A stretch of DNA of 64,000 nt, from positions 136,584 to 200,583 of the forward strand of contig OZ220489.1 in the NCBI GenBank assembly GCA_965115905.1. The letters run 5' to 3'. The stretch comes from Tepidiformaceae bacterium. Its GTDB lineage: Bacteria > Chloroflexota > Dehalococcoidia > Tepidiformales > Tepidiformaceae. A program made the translations under genes and the position numbers. The notes beneath the pieces are model-generated. The model saw only the letters and a program-made list of their open reading frames with translations. It was not told the origin of the DNA and made no database searches. Below, piece after piece: positions 1 to 8,106 of this stretch (the stretch's first letter is position 1; the number at the start of each line of letters is the position of its first letter).

Positions 1-1
1 A

Positions 2-64
2 AAGGAATATTGTGAGCAGCTCGACCTTCTCATCAAGCGCGCCCACGAGCAGTACCACTCGTAA
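2..64 (+). CDS. 3' end of an upstream gene (partial, unknown function)
   Basis: The open frame from the window edge reads ...KEYCEQLDLLIKRAHEQYHS and ends at TAA 62-64. It is followed by AAGGAGA and then the ATG at 76, suggesting an operon with the next ORF. Confidence 0.3.
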   Translation, partial: KEYCEQLDLLIKRAHEQYHS

Positions 65-75
65 AGGAGAGTGCC

Positions 76-732
76 ATGCCGATACTGGGGATTGATAACC
101 GGACCGAGAACTGGAAGACGGCGCGGCATCTTGCCCCGCTGTTCGGAGCGAACAGCGTGCGGCTGGCGAGACGGCTGTTACTCGAAGAGGAAGGACGCGA
201 GGATCTTCAGCAGGGGGAGGTCACGCTTGAACTCTTCTGGAAAGGTCTGCGCGATTATGAGGACGCGCGCCGCAAGGTTTCAGACGAGAGCGTGAAGGAT
301 ACATACTCTCGCTTGTTCCCTGATCTGCGCGAGAAGATAAGCGCTTTCGCCCCTGCCTTCCGAACCCTACAAAAAGGCAACTACGACGCCTCCACACCTG
401 AACAGGCCAAGAGGCTAACGAATAACATTCGCAACACCGAGATCGACATCGTGCTGCAGTCTCCAGGGAGGCTGTTTATCGGCGAGGCGAAGAGTGAGTC
501 GGCATTCGGGGGGAAGGGCAGCCTCGTGCTGGTCCATCAGCTCATTCGCCAGTATGTCACCGCGCGTATTCTTGTCGATTTTGTGGAGCCGACGGTGAAG
601 GTAATCCCATTCGTCGTCGGGGAGTCCCGAACGGAGCTGCTGAAGCACAGCCAGGTTGAGTTCATGCTCCAGCAGGGGTGGATGCGCAAGGGGCATGTCC
701 TTGCGTGGGCAGACATCGAGGCGCTTCGGTAG
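76..732 (+). CDS. Hypothetical protein with a possible PD-(D/E)xK nuclease-like core
   Basis: 218-aa ORF with an AAGGAGA RBS upstream. The segment 'TEIDIVLQSPGRLFIGEAKSES' fits a D...E-x-K pattern. No other family motif was recognised. Confidence 0.55.
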   Translation: MPILGIDNRTENWKTARHLAPLFGANSVRLARRLLLEEEGREDLQQGEVTLELFWKGLRDYEDARRKVSDESVKDTYSRLFPDLREKISAFAPAFRTLQKGNYDASTPEQAKRLTNNIRNTEIDIVLQSPGRLFIGEAKSESAFGGKGSLVLVHQLIRQYVTARILVDFVEPTVKVIPFVVGESRTELLKHSQVEFMLQQGWMRKGHVLAWADIEALR

Positions 733-777
733 GAGACGGCTTGCCCCCAGCCCCCGCGGGACCGCGGGCAGGGGCGC

Positions 778-1338
778 TTACGGGAGCGGGTTCTGCTCGC
801 CGGGGGGTAGCTCAACCTCGAAGACGTTGAGGGTGGCGGAGACGAGACCGTAGTAGCCGATCGTCCCGACGAGGTCGACGAGGCCCCGCTCGCCGAAGGC
901 TTCGAGCGCCTCCCCGTAGGTTGCGTCGGAGACACGGGAGGTCTCGAAGTACTCGGTCACGAGGTGGTGGACGAGGGCGAGGTCGGGGTACCCATCGAGG
1001 TCGGGGGGCGCGCCCGTGCGCACGGCCTCGACGACGGACTCGGGGACGCCTTCCTGGATGGCGAGGCGGGCGTGCGCCCAGAACTCGAACTGGGCGCGCC
1101 AGCGTTTGGCGGTGAGGATGATGGCGAACTCGGAGACGTCGCGGGGGAGGGCGGCGCCGAAGCGGCAGTGGGCGCCGATCTCCTGGGCGGGGTTGGCGAG
1201 GGCGGGGCTGTAGAGCCAGACCCCGAAGGGGCCGGCGGTGACAGCGGCGCGGGGACCGCGGGGACCGCTGCGGATAGCGTCGGCCACGGCCGTCTGGTCG
1301 GGGGTCAGGTTCTGTTCGTCGAGGGTGGGGAGGCGCAT
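778..1338 (-). CDS. Carboxymuconolactone decarboxylase (AhpD-like) family protein
   Basis: Start moved to ATG 1338 (MRLPTLDEQNLTPDQ...), preceded by GGAAAGGAG. The 'RAQFEFWAHARLAI' helix pattern and overall length are typical of the CMD family. Confidence 0.75.
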   Translation of the reverse strand: MRLPTLDEQNLTPDQTAVADAIRSGPRGPRAAVTAGPFGVWLYSPALANPAQEIGAHCRFGAALPRDVSEFAIILTAKRWRAQFEFWAHARLAIQEGVPESVVEAVRTGAPPDLDGYPDLALVHHLVTEYFETSRVSDATYGEALEAFGERGLVDLVGTIGYYGLVSATLNVFEVELPPGEQNPLP

Positions 1339-1415
1339 TGCGGGGGCGCTCCTTTCCGGGTGGTGGCGCAAGCAGACGGGATCGGGGCGCTGGTGTCCAG
1401 CGGGCGGCGCGGGGG

Positions 1416-1697
1416 TTACAGCCAATCGGGGGTGGGGAGTTTGTGATTGTTCCAGGCATCGTATAACTGCTTATGCGAGAAAATTTCCATATCTAATAGC
1501 GTTTGAAAAAGGATATCTGAATCAACGAGATAGCCATGAAGACGCATGGGAAATGCCCTCGTTATTGGGGAACCTCCATGCTGATAACTGTCTATCAGTA
1601 TAATCACACTTCCATCATCCATGTCTTTACGACCTGCAATGTATAGCTCCAAATCTATGAGAAGTGTTTCAGCTTGATGCTGTGGTATTTCCGCCAT
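1416..1697 (-). CDS. Hypothetical small acidic protein (low-GC ORF)
   Basis: 93-aa ORF starting 5 nt after the stop of the preceding small ORF. It lies in a markedly AT-richer patch (about 1440-2010). No motif was recognised. Confidence 0.45.
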   Translation of the reverse strand: MAEIPQHQAETLLIDLELYIAGRKDMDDGSVIILIDSYQHGGSPITRAFPMRLHGYLVDSDILFQTLLDMEIFSHKQLYDAWNNHKLPTPDWL

Positions 1698-1702
1698 CTA
1701 CG

Positions 1703-2011
1703 TCAGCTATTTCCAGCCATCACAAGTTGTGCTTTCCCTGAAATCCTTGGTCCTTCAGATACTCCAAGGGAAGAGGACTTCTGGATGTCTATCCCTCGGC
1801 TCAGGAGATATTCCTCTAGTTCTTGAAAGCTATACTTCTCTTCAATATACTGGAGGAATACGTTCATCGTTTGTGCGATACGTTCTTCCAGCTGCTCGAG
1901 CGATTCGGCCACGACGTACAGCGGAATTTGCTCGCTGGTCGCGAACCAGCGGTCATTCCTGGAGTTCCGCCTTGCCGTAGCCCTGAAATCGAAATGAAGC
2001 GTAGTCGCCAT
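1703..2011 (-). CDS. Hypothetical small protein, weakly HicB/DUF1902-like
   Basis: Start set to ATG 2011 (MATTLHFDF...). The upstream part of the 176-aa track ORF is Arg/Pro-rich high-GC noise. 'RWFATSEQIPLYVVAESLEQLEERI' loosely resembles HicB-fold N-terminal domains. It lies in the low-GC patch. Confidence 0.45.
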   Translation of the reverse strand: MATTLHFDFRATARRNSRNDRWFATSEQIPLYVVAESLEQLEERIAQTMNVFLQYIEEKYSFQELEEYLLSRGIDIQKSSSLGVSEGPRISGKAQLVMAGNS

Positions 2012-2112
2012 GTCGGAGCCTGCCTCTCCCCCAAGGGGCGCCCCCCAGGGTCTCCTACCTTGCCCACGGGGTAAGCAGGTGTCAAGCAAGGCGGCGCCAG
2101 GCAGGGCGGCGG

Positions 2113-4941
2113 TCAGGGGACGCGGAAGACCTTCATGACTTCGTCGCCGAGGTGGTTGATGACCTTTACGGCGATGCGACCGGACTCGGGCTCGGCGAAG
2201 GGGCGCGAGACGGCGCTGTTCAGCGTCTCCCACGCTTCCCGGTTGATCTCGGCCTTGAGGGAGGTCTTGAGCGCCTGGTACGGGTCGCTCCTCTGGCCGA
2301 GGAAGTAGGCGTGGCGGACGAAGAAGCTTTCCTCATTGTAGTCGGTGTCGATGAACCAGCAGGCGATGCCATCGGGACCGTCGCTGCGGATCTCGCCCGT
2401 GCTCGGGTCGTAAACGTCGACGCCGTTGACCTTGACCTGGACCTGTCCGGACGGGATGTCAGGGTCATCGCTGGGGCCGAGGATGTTGATGTCGGGCTCG
2501 CCGAAGATGACGAAGAGGTTGCCCTTGCCCGTGGGCTTCAGGTCGTCCGCCATGTGCAGGTCGGCGTTCATGCGCGCCTTGAGGACGGGGATGCGGCCGA
2601 GGCGCTCGAACTCGGTGGTGTGCGCCTCGTAGTTGAAGGCGCAGGCGATGAGCACGTCGAAGCCCGCTTCGGCGGCCTCGCGGGCGGCTTCGACGAGGTC
2701 CGGGCGCGTGACGGTGCCGAACTCCGGCCCGATGAAGACGCCTGCGCGCTTCTCGACGCCGCCGGTGGCGTCGCCGTCGTCGTTCTCCGTTGCGCCCTCG
2801 ATGTAGCGCGCTTCCGCGCAGATGAGACCGCCGCCCGGCCACGGTTCCACCGAGGAGAAGACAATGCGGTCTTCCTTGTGCGCCTGTTGGACACCGGCCC
2901 TCTCGAGGTTCTCCAGGATCATCGAGGCGAAGTCCTGCGGCTTGTCGTAGGGGGCGGGGTGTTCGGCGAGGCGGTCGATCGGGTCACCGTTCGCGTTCAC
3001 GGCGAGCATGCGGTGGGGCGAGAGGCTCTCGACGGTGAAGGGGCCAGCGACGCGTACCTTACGGTTGTCCACGTAGGGCTTGTCGTAGAGGTATTCGTAG
3101 CCGGCGTTGGCGGCGATAGAGGCGTCTATTGCCTGCTGGCGGGCGATGCGCGCCTCCCGCCACTTGGCGTGGGCGTCCGCGGCGTCCGCGGGCCAGTCCG
3201 CTTCCGCCTCCCACGGGACTCCCCATTCCTCCCATGTCTGGCCGAGGCTGTCGTTGAGGCGGGCGAGGAGCGGCGCCAGGGTCTCCTGCCAGCGCTCCCA
3301 GATGACGTCGATCTCGGCGTTGTTGGCGATGTCCCGCAGCATGATGTGGGGGACCCGTTCGTAGACGAAGCCCTGACGGATGTCGCCGTAGGTGGGCTTG
3401 TCGGAGGGGGCGCGCTGCGTGAGCTGCGCCTCCTTCTGCTGGCCCCCGGGGCTGTCGGCGAGCAGGTACCAGGGGTAGCGGGCACCCATGACGCGGGCGC
3501 GAGCGAGGGCGAGAGCGACGCGGGAGGTGTCGATGGTGATCCAGCGGCGGCCCCACTGTTCGGCGACGTAGGCGGTGGTGCCGCTGCCGCAGGTGGGGTC
3601 GAGGACCAGGTCGCCGGGGTCGGTGGTCATGAGGATGCAGCGCTGGATAACAGTAGGGATGGTCTCAACCACATAGCGCTTATCCGCCGTAAAGCCAGCT
3701 CGTGATGTGTCACTCCAAGTATTTGTATATCTGAATACAGGGAAGTCATTCAGGAAACGGACATAACTCAGTGTATTGCCAGCGGCGGCAAGTCTTCCTG
3801 AAGCATCCAATCGACGGAACCCATCGGGAGTGGTCTTCCACGATCCTGACCTCATACGATACGATCTACCTTGGAAATCAACGGGGGTATTGACGGCCGA
3901 ATCACCACTTTGCGAGGTTATCTGATCTAACCTCGCAAAGTGGTGATTCGGCCGTCCGGAATTTTTTAATTGAGGTATTTTGGAAATCTCTCGATACGCA
4001 GTTCCGCCTTGCGAACCGGCTTCCTTCTCCCTCCAGAGAGTCCTGTATTTTACCCCCCCCCCCCCCGATTTCGAATACCAGATAATGCAGTCTGTTATCC
4101 TCGGAAGGTGGATGCTGGAAGAGTTGGCGGTCTTAACGAAACTGATCTGCGCCATGAAATTCTCTTCCCCGAACACCTCATCCATCAGTGACCGAACGCG
4201 GTGGACGTTCTCGTCGCCGATCTGGACGAAGATGGAACCAGAATCCGTGAGGAGGTCGCGAGCGACGATGAGGCGGTCGCGCAGGTAGGAGAGGTAGGAG
4301 TGGATGCCATCGCGCCAGGTATCGCGGAAGGCTTTGACCTGCTCAGGCTCGCGGGTGATGTGGTCGGCCTTGCCATCGCGCACGTCGCGGCTGGTGGTGG
4401 ACCACTGGAAGTTGGAGTTGAACTTGATGCCGTAGGGTGGGTCGATGTAGATGCACTGAACCTTGCCGCGCAGGCCCTCGCGCTCGTCGAGGGAGGCCAT
4501 GACCTGCAGGCTGTCGCCGAGGATCATGCGATTCTGCCAGTTGGCGTCGTGCTGGTAGAACTCGGTGCGGTCGGCGCCTTCGGGGAGGCCGTTGAAGTCG
4601 GCGAACATATCCGCCTGATGCCCGCCATCCGCGTCCTCGGCGTCGCGGCGGGAGTGGCGCAGGAGGTCATCGATGAGGGCCTTGGACTGGACCTTTTCCT
4701 GGATGTAGAGGGGCGCGGCGTTGACGACGAGGCCGGCGAGGTCCTGTTGCTCCTTGCCGCGCCAGACGAGCTGGGGGTCGAGGTCGGGGTTGCGGCGCTT
4801 GTACTCGACGGGGCGGGGACTGCGGTCGTCATCGCTCAGGAGGGGGCTGTCTTCGGCAGTGGGGATGTTGGTGCGCTTGTCCTCATCGTGGCGAATCGTC
4901 TGGACCTGTTTGGGGGCGCGGGGCTTCTTTGGGCGAGCCAT
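2113..4941 (-). CDS. mod: Type III-like restriction-modification DNA methyltransferase (Mod, beta-class N6A/N4C)
   Basis: 942 aa. Catalytic motif IV 'IYIDPPYGIKF' precedes the AdoMet motif I 'VLDPTCGSGTTAYVAEQ'. A variable central region lies between them. The gene sits 21 nt downstream of a Res-type helicase-nuclease gene. Confidence 0.9.
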   Translation of the reverse strand: MARPKKPRAPKQVQTIRHDEDKRTNIPTAEDSPLLSDDDRSPRPVEYKRRNPDLDPQLVWRGKEQQDLAGLVVNAAPLYIQEKVQSKALIDDLLRHSRRDAEDADGGHQADMFADFNGLPEGADRTEFYQHDANWQNRMILGDSLQVMASLDEREGLRGKVQCIYIDPPYGIKFNSNFQWSTTSRDVRDGKADHITREPEQVKAFRDTWRDGIHSYLSYLRDRLIVARDLLTDSGSIFVQIGDENVHRVRSLMDEVFGEENFMAQISFVKTANSSSIHLPRITDCIIWYSKSGGGGVKYRTLWREKEAGSQGGTAYREISKIPQLKNSGRPNHHFARLDQITSQSGDSAVNTPVDFQGRSYRMRSGSWKTTPDGFRRLDASGRLAAAGNTLSYVRFLNDFPVFRYTNTWSDTSRAGFTADKRYVVETIPTVIQRCILMTTDPGDLVLDPTCGSGTTAYVAEQWGRRWITIDTSRVALALARARVMGARYPWYLLADSPGGQQKEAQLTQRAPSDKPTYGDIRQGFVYERVPHIMLRDIANNAEIDVIWERWQETLAPLLARLNDSLGQTWEEWGVPWEAEADWPADAADAHAKWREARIARQQAIDASIAANAGYEYLYDKPYVDNRKVRVAGPFTVESLSPHRMLAVNANGDPIDRLAEHPAPYDKPQDFASMILENLERAGVQQAHKEDRIVFSSVEPWPGGGLICAEARYIEGATENDDGDATGGVEKRAGVFIGPEFGTVTRPDLVEAAREAAEAGFDVLIACAFNYEAHTTEFERLGRIPVLKARMNADLHMADDLKPTGKGNLFVIFGEPDINILGPSDDPDIPSGQVQVKVNGVDVYDPSTGEIRSDGPDGIACWFIDTDYNEESFFVRHAYFLGQRSDPYQALKTSLKAEINREAWETLNSAVSRPFAEPESGRIAVKVINHLGDEVMKVFRVP
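3895..3953. repeat. Perfect 25-bp inverted repeat with a 9-nt spacer inside the mod variable region
   Basis: ggccgaatcaccactttgcgaggtt (3895-3919), atctgatct, then aacctcgcaaagtggtgattcggcc (3929-3953). The arms are exact reverse complements and lie in-frame within the coding sequence. Confidence 0.95.
4053..4066 (-). repeat. Homopolymer tract C14 (+) = G14 on the coding strand, inside mod
   Basis: Counted directly: 'ta' followed by 14 C, then 'gatt'. It encodes the GGGG in 'YSKSGGGGVKY'. Other G/C runs I saw in the window reach at most about 8. Confidence 0.95.
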
Positions 4942-4962
4942 GGGCGTTCGTTCCTCTCTCTT

Positions 4963-7900
4963 CTAGGCGCCGGAGAGCGCCGGCGTGGCGGCGCCTGCCT
5001 CGGCGATTGCGTTCTCGATGACGGCCGCGAACTCCTTCTCCATCTCGAAGGGGTCGGTGAACTCGGCGAAGGCCCAGCGGCCCCAGGTTCCGAGGTTGTT
5101 CACGCCAGGGATCCAGCGGGTCTCCATCGTCAGCTTCTTCTGCTTGGCGTCCTCGCCGCGGTAGCCCTTGATTTCGACGACAAGGTTGAGCAGGTCATCC
5201 TCGCCGTGGCCGTCGTCGACGCGGACGATGAAGTCGGGGATGTAGCGATGGGGCTCCATGCCGCGCAGGTAGGGGACCTCGAAGCCGAGGGCGTGGTTCT
5301 TGACGTAGGCGCGGACGCGGGGGTGTTTCTCGGCGACGCGGCAGAACTCGGCTTCCCAGTCGCTGTCGCAGATGGCGAAGTTGATGTGGCAGCGGTCGGG
5401 GTCGGTCTCATAACGGGTCGTCTTCGAGGTAGTGAAGCGCACGTGCCAGGTTGAGCCTGTGGGGTTGTAGGCGTCGAGCACGGCCTTGATGGGGCGCTCC
5501 TCGCGGAAGGCGGCGGTAATGCCGGCGTCGATGCGATTGCAGGCCATGTCGGCGAGTTCCTGGTAGAGCAGGTGGGCGGGGGAGGTTCCGCCCTTGCAGA
5601 CGAGGTGGTGATCGAGCCACTGCGCGGTGACGCGCTTCATCTTCCCGAAGAGGTGCAGTTTGGGCTCGCCGTCGGCGTCGCGGTACTTCGTTTCGAGGAG
5701 GCGATGGGTGAGGCTGTAGAGGACGGTCTGCCTGCGGATGTCGGCGAGGTTCTCGGGGCGCAGGTTGACGGGGGCGCCGAGGATGCCCTTGTTGACGGTC
5801 TCGGACGGTCCGGTAAGCGCCGTTGTGAGCTCGAGGGTGGAGTCATCGTTGAACTCGGCCCGGAGGGTCTCCTCGGGCGGGTCGACGCGGTAGCCCTTGA
5901 CGCGCGGGAAGCGGATCTCGAGGTGGTCGCGTTCGGGGGAGACGGCCTGCACGGTGATGACCTCGCGGGGCGGCGTTGGCGGGGTCACAGTCGGCTTCGC
6001 GGTGAAATCGAAGGGGATGCCGAGGACGTCGGCGTACTCGACGGGGAAGAGGCCGTCTTCATCGAGGTCGTAGGACTGACGGCGCAGGGCGCGCCCGACG
6101 ACCTGTTCGCAGAGGAGCTGGGTTCCGAAGGCGCGCACGCCGAGGACGTGGGTGACGGTGTTCGCGTCCCAGCCCTCGGTGAGCATGGAGACGGAGACGA
6201 CGCAGCGGATTGAGCCGCCGAGCTGGCCGGGCTTGCCGACGGTGTTCATGACCTCGCGCAGGAGGTCCTCGTCTGTGATCGTGTCGGCGGCGGCGCGGTC
6301 GCCGGTGCGCTGGACCTGATCGCGGCGGAAGCGCTCGATCTCGTCGGCGGCGGCCTTGCGGAAGTTCGCGTCAATCGCCTCGCCTGATTCAATGCGCGTG
6401 CTATCGATGAGGAGCGTGCGCGGGCGGGGAGCGGGTTCGCCCTGCTTGTCGAAGTTGCGGAACAGCGGGAGGCGTCCACTGACAAAGGTGGTCGGGTCCT
6501 CAGGATCCCTGTGGAAGCCGGAGACGTAGTCATAGACGAGCTTCGAGGTGGAGGTGTTGTTACAAACGATGATGAAGCAGGGCGGCGCCTCGGTATCGGC
6601 CTGCTCCCAGAGATCGAAGGTCTTTTCATAGTGGCTGTAGAGGGCGGCGAGGGCGATCTCCAGTTTCGTGGGGAGGCTGAGGGGGTCCAGCGCTTCCTTC
6701 TGGCTGCGCCCTCTCTTCGGCATCTCGCTGCGGATGTGCTCCCAGAGTTTGCGGTAGACGGGCATATCGCCCTCGGGAACGTCATCGGCGACGGGAACGC
6801 GGGGGAGCTTGACGATGCCGCATTCGATGGCGTCCATGAGGGAGAAGTCGGTCATGGTCCAGGGGAAGAGGGTTCCCTCGGCGTAGCCGGAGCCGCGGAG
6901 GAAGAAGGGGGTGGCGGACAGGTCGATGACGCGCTGGAGGCCGAGCCTGTCATTGACGGCCTCGAGGCCTGATATCCAGAGGCGCGCGGCTTCGCGGTTT
7001 TCTTCCGCTTCCTTGCGGTCGTCGCCGGTGAGCTTGCCCTCTTCGTCGTCGCCGGGCTTCTCGCGGTAGCAGTGGTGCGCCTCGTCATTGAAGGCGATGA
7101 CGCCGCGCATGCCCATCAGTTCGGGCATGACGCGCTGGAGCATCTGCCCCTCGGTCTCGGTGGACTCGATGGGCTTGCCGCCGCGTCCCTGAAGGAGTCG
7201 GCGACCGCCTTTAGAGAGGTCGAAGGTCTCGCGGAGCTTGAAGGCGTGGTAGTTGGTGATGACGATCTTCGCCTGCCTGAGATCCTTGAGCATGTCCTGC
7301 GGGACGAGGTTGCGGTTCGCGTAGTAGTTATCGGGGTCGTTCGGCTGGAGCACGCGCAGGCGGTCGCGGATGGTGAGGCCGGGGGTGACGATGAGAAAGC
7401 CTTTCGTGAAGTTGCGGCTGGTCGGGCGCCTGACGGCGTTGACGGTCTGCCAGGCGATGAGCATGGCCATGACCGTGGTCTTGCCCGCGCCGGTGGCCAT
7501 CTTGAGGGCAAGGCGGGCGAGTTCGGGGTTGGCCTGTTCGTTGGCGGCCTTAAGGCGTTCCAGTATCTCTCGCGCGCGGACGCCACGCTTCGGCGCGACC
7601 TCGGTGAGCCAGATGACGGTCTCGACGGCCTCGACCTGGCAGAAGAAGGGGCGGATGTCGCCGGCGCGGTAGTCCTGGCTGCGCCAGTGTCGGAGCAGGC
7701 GCGCGGTTTCGGGGGTGACCTGCCAGTCCGCGGAGTTCGGCAGGGCGCGCCAGCGGTCCACGTGTCTTCGCAGCACGTTGATGGTGGAGGTCGGGTCGTA
7801 CTCTGCAATCGAGAGCCCCTTGCCAACGCCAAGCGGCATGGGCTTCTGTTCGGGCTGATCCTTCTGCTTGCGGGGTTTGGGGACGGGCGTGATGTACTCG

Positions 7901-8028
7901 GCGGGGCGGCGGGCGTCGTTCACCTCATCGGTGGGTTGCCGGTTCTCGTCGAGGCGCCAGTGGCGCTCGGGGTAGTCGTAGGGTGAGTTGAGAACGGGCT
8001 TCTCGAAGAATCGGGCGCTGTCTGCCAT
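4963..8028 (-). CDS. res: Type III-like restriction enzyme Res subunit (SF2 helicase + PD-(D/E)xK nuclease)
   Basis: Start re-assigned to ATG 8028 (MADSARFFEKPVLNSPYDYP...). Motifs present are Walker A 'MATGAGKTTVMA', DEAH box 'FNDEAHHCY', motif VI-like 'QVVGRALRR', and C-terminal 'IPDFIV...VVEIKG'. The upstream 465 aa of the track ORF are a shadow of the opposite-strand CoA-transferase gene. Confidence 0.9.
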   Translation of the reverse strand: MADSARFFEKPVLNSPYDYPERHWRLDENRQPTDEVNDARRPAEYITPVPKPRKQKDQPEQKPMPLGVGKGLSIAEYDPTSTINVLRRHVDRWRALPNSADWQVTPETARLLRHWRSQDYRAGDIRPFFCQVEAVETVIWLTEVAPKRGVRAREILERLKAANEQANPELARLALKMATGAGKTTVMAMLIAWQTVNAVRRPTSRNFTKGFLIVTPGLTIRDRLRVLQPNDPDNYYANRNLVPQDMLKDLRQAKIVITNYHAFKLRETFDLSKGGRRLLQGRGGKPIESTETEGQMLQRVMPELMGMRGVIAFNDEAHHCYREKPGDDEEGKLTGDDRKEAEENREAARLWISGLEAVNDRLGLQRVIDLSATPFFLRGSGYAEGTLFPWTMTDFSLMDAIECGIVKLPRVPVADDVPEGDMPVYRKLWEHIRSEMPKRGRSQKEALDPLSLPTKLEIALAALYSHYEKTFDLWEQADTEAPPCFIIVCNNTSTSKLVYDYVSGFHRDPEDPTTFVSGRLPLFRNFDKQGEPAPRPRTLLIDSTRIESGEAIDANFRKAAADEIERFRRDQVQRTGDRAAADTITDEDLLREVMNTVGKPGQLGGSIRCVVSVSMLTEGWDANTVTHVLGVRAFGTQLLCEQVVGRALRRQSYDLDEDGLFPVEYADVLGIPFDFTAKPTVTPPTPPREVITVQAVSPERDHLEIRFPRVKGYRVDPPEETLRAEFNDDSTLELTTALTGPSETVNKGILGAPVNLRPENLADIRRQTVLYSLTHRLLETKYRDADGEPKLHLFGKMKRVTAQWLDHHLVCKGGTSPAHLLYQELADMACNRIDAGITAAFREERPIKAVLDAYNPTGSTWHVRFTTSKTTRYETDPDRCHINFAICDSDWEAEFCRVAEKHPRVRAYVKNHALGFEVPYLRGMEPHRYIPDFIVRVDDGHGEDDLLNLVVEIKGYRGEDAKQKKLTMETRWIPGVNNLGTWGRWAFAEFTDPFEMEKEFAAVIENAIAEAGAATPALSGA

Positions 8029-8106
8029 GGGGCTGCCATGGTAGCAGCGGGGGCGGCGCAGGCGCGAGGCGACGGCGCGGGGGTAGGATTCGGGGGAGGA
8101 GGAGAC

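Noticed and set aside
733-780. GC-rich CCCGCGG-containing palindromic segments after the stops at 732 and 19925, as a REP-like dispersed element
   Set aside because: The two segments share only short G/C-rich strings (GGGGCTGGGG / CCCGCGGG) in mirrored rather than homologous order. Two loose occurrences are insufficient evidence.
1416-2011. Calling the two small low-GC ORFs a HicAB toxin-antitoxin pair
   Set aside because: Only a vague HicB-fold resemblance exists in one ORF. The partner lacks the HicA signature and is acidic rather than basic. I left both as hypothetical.
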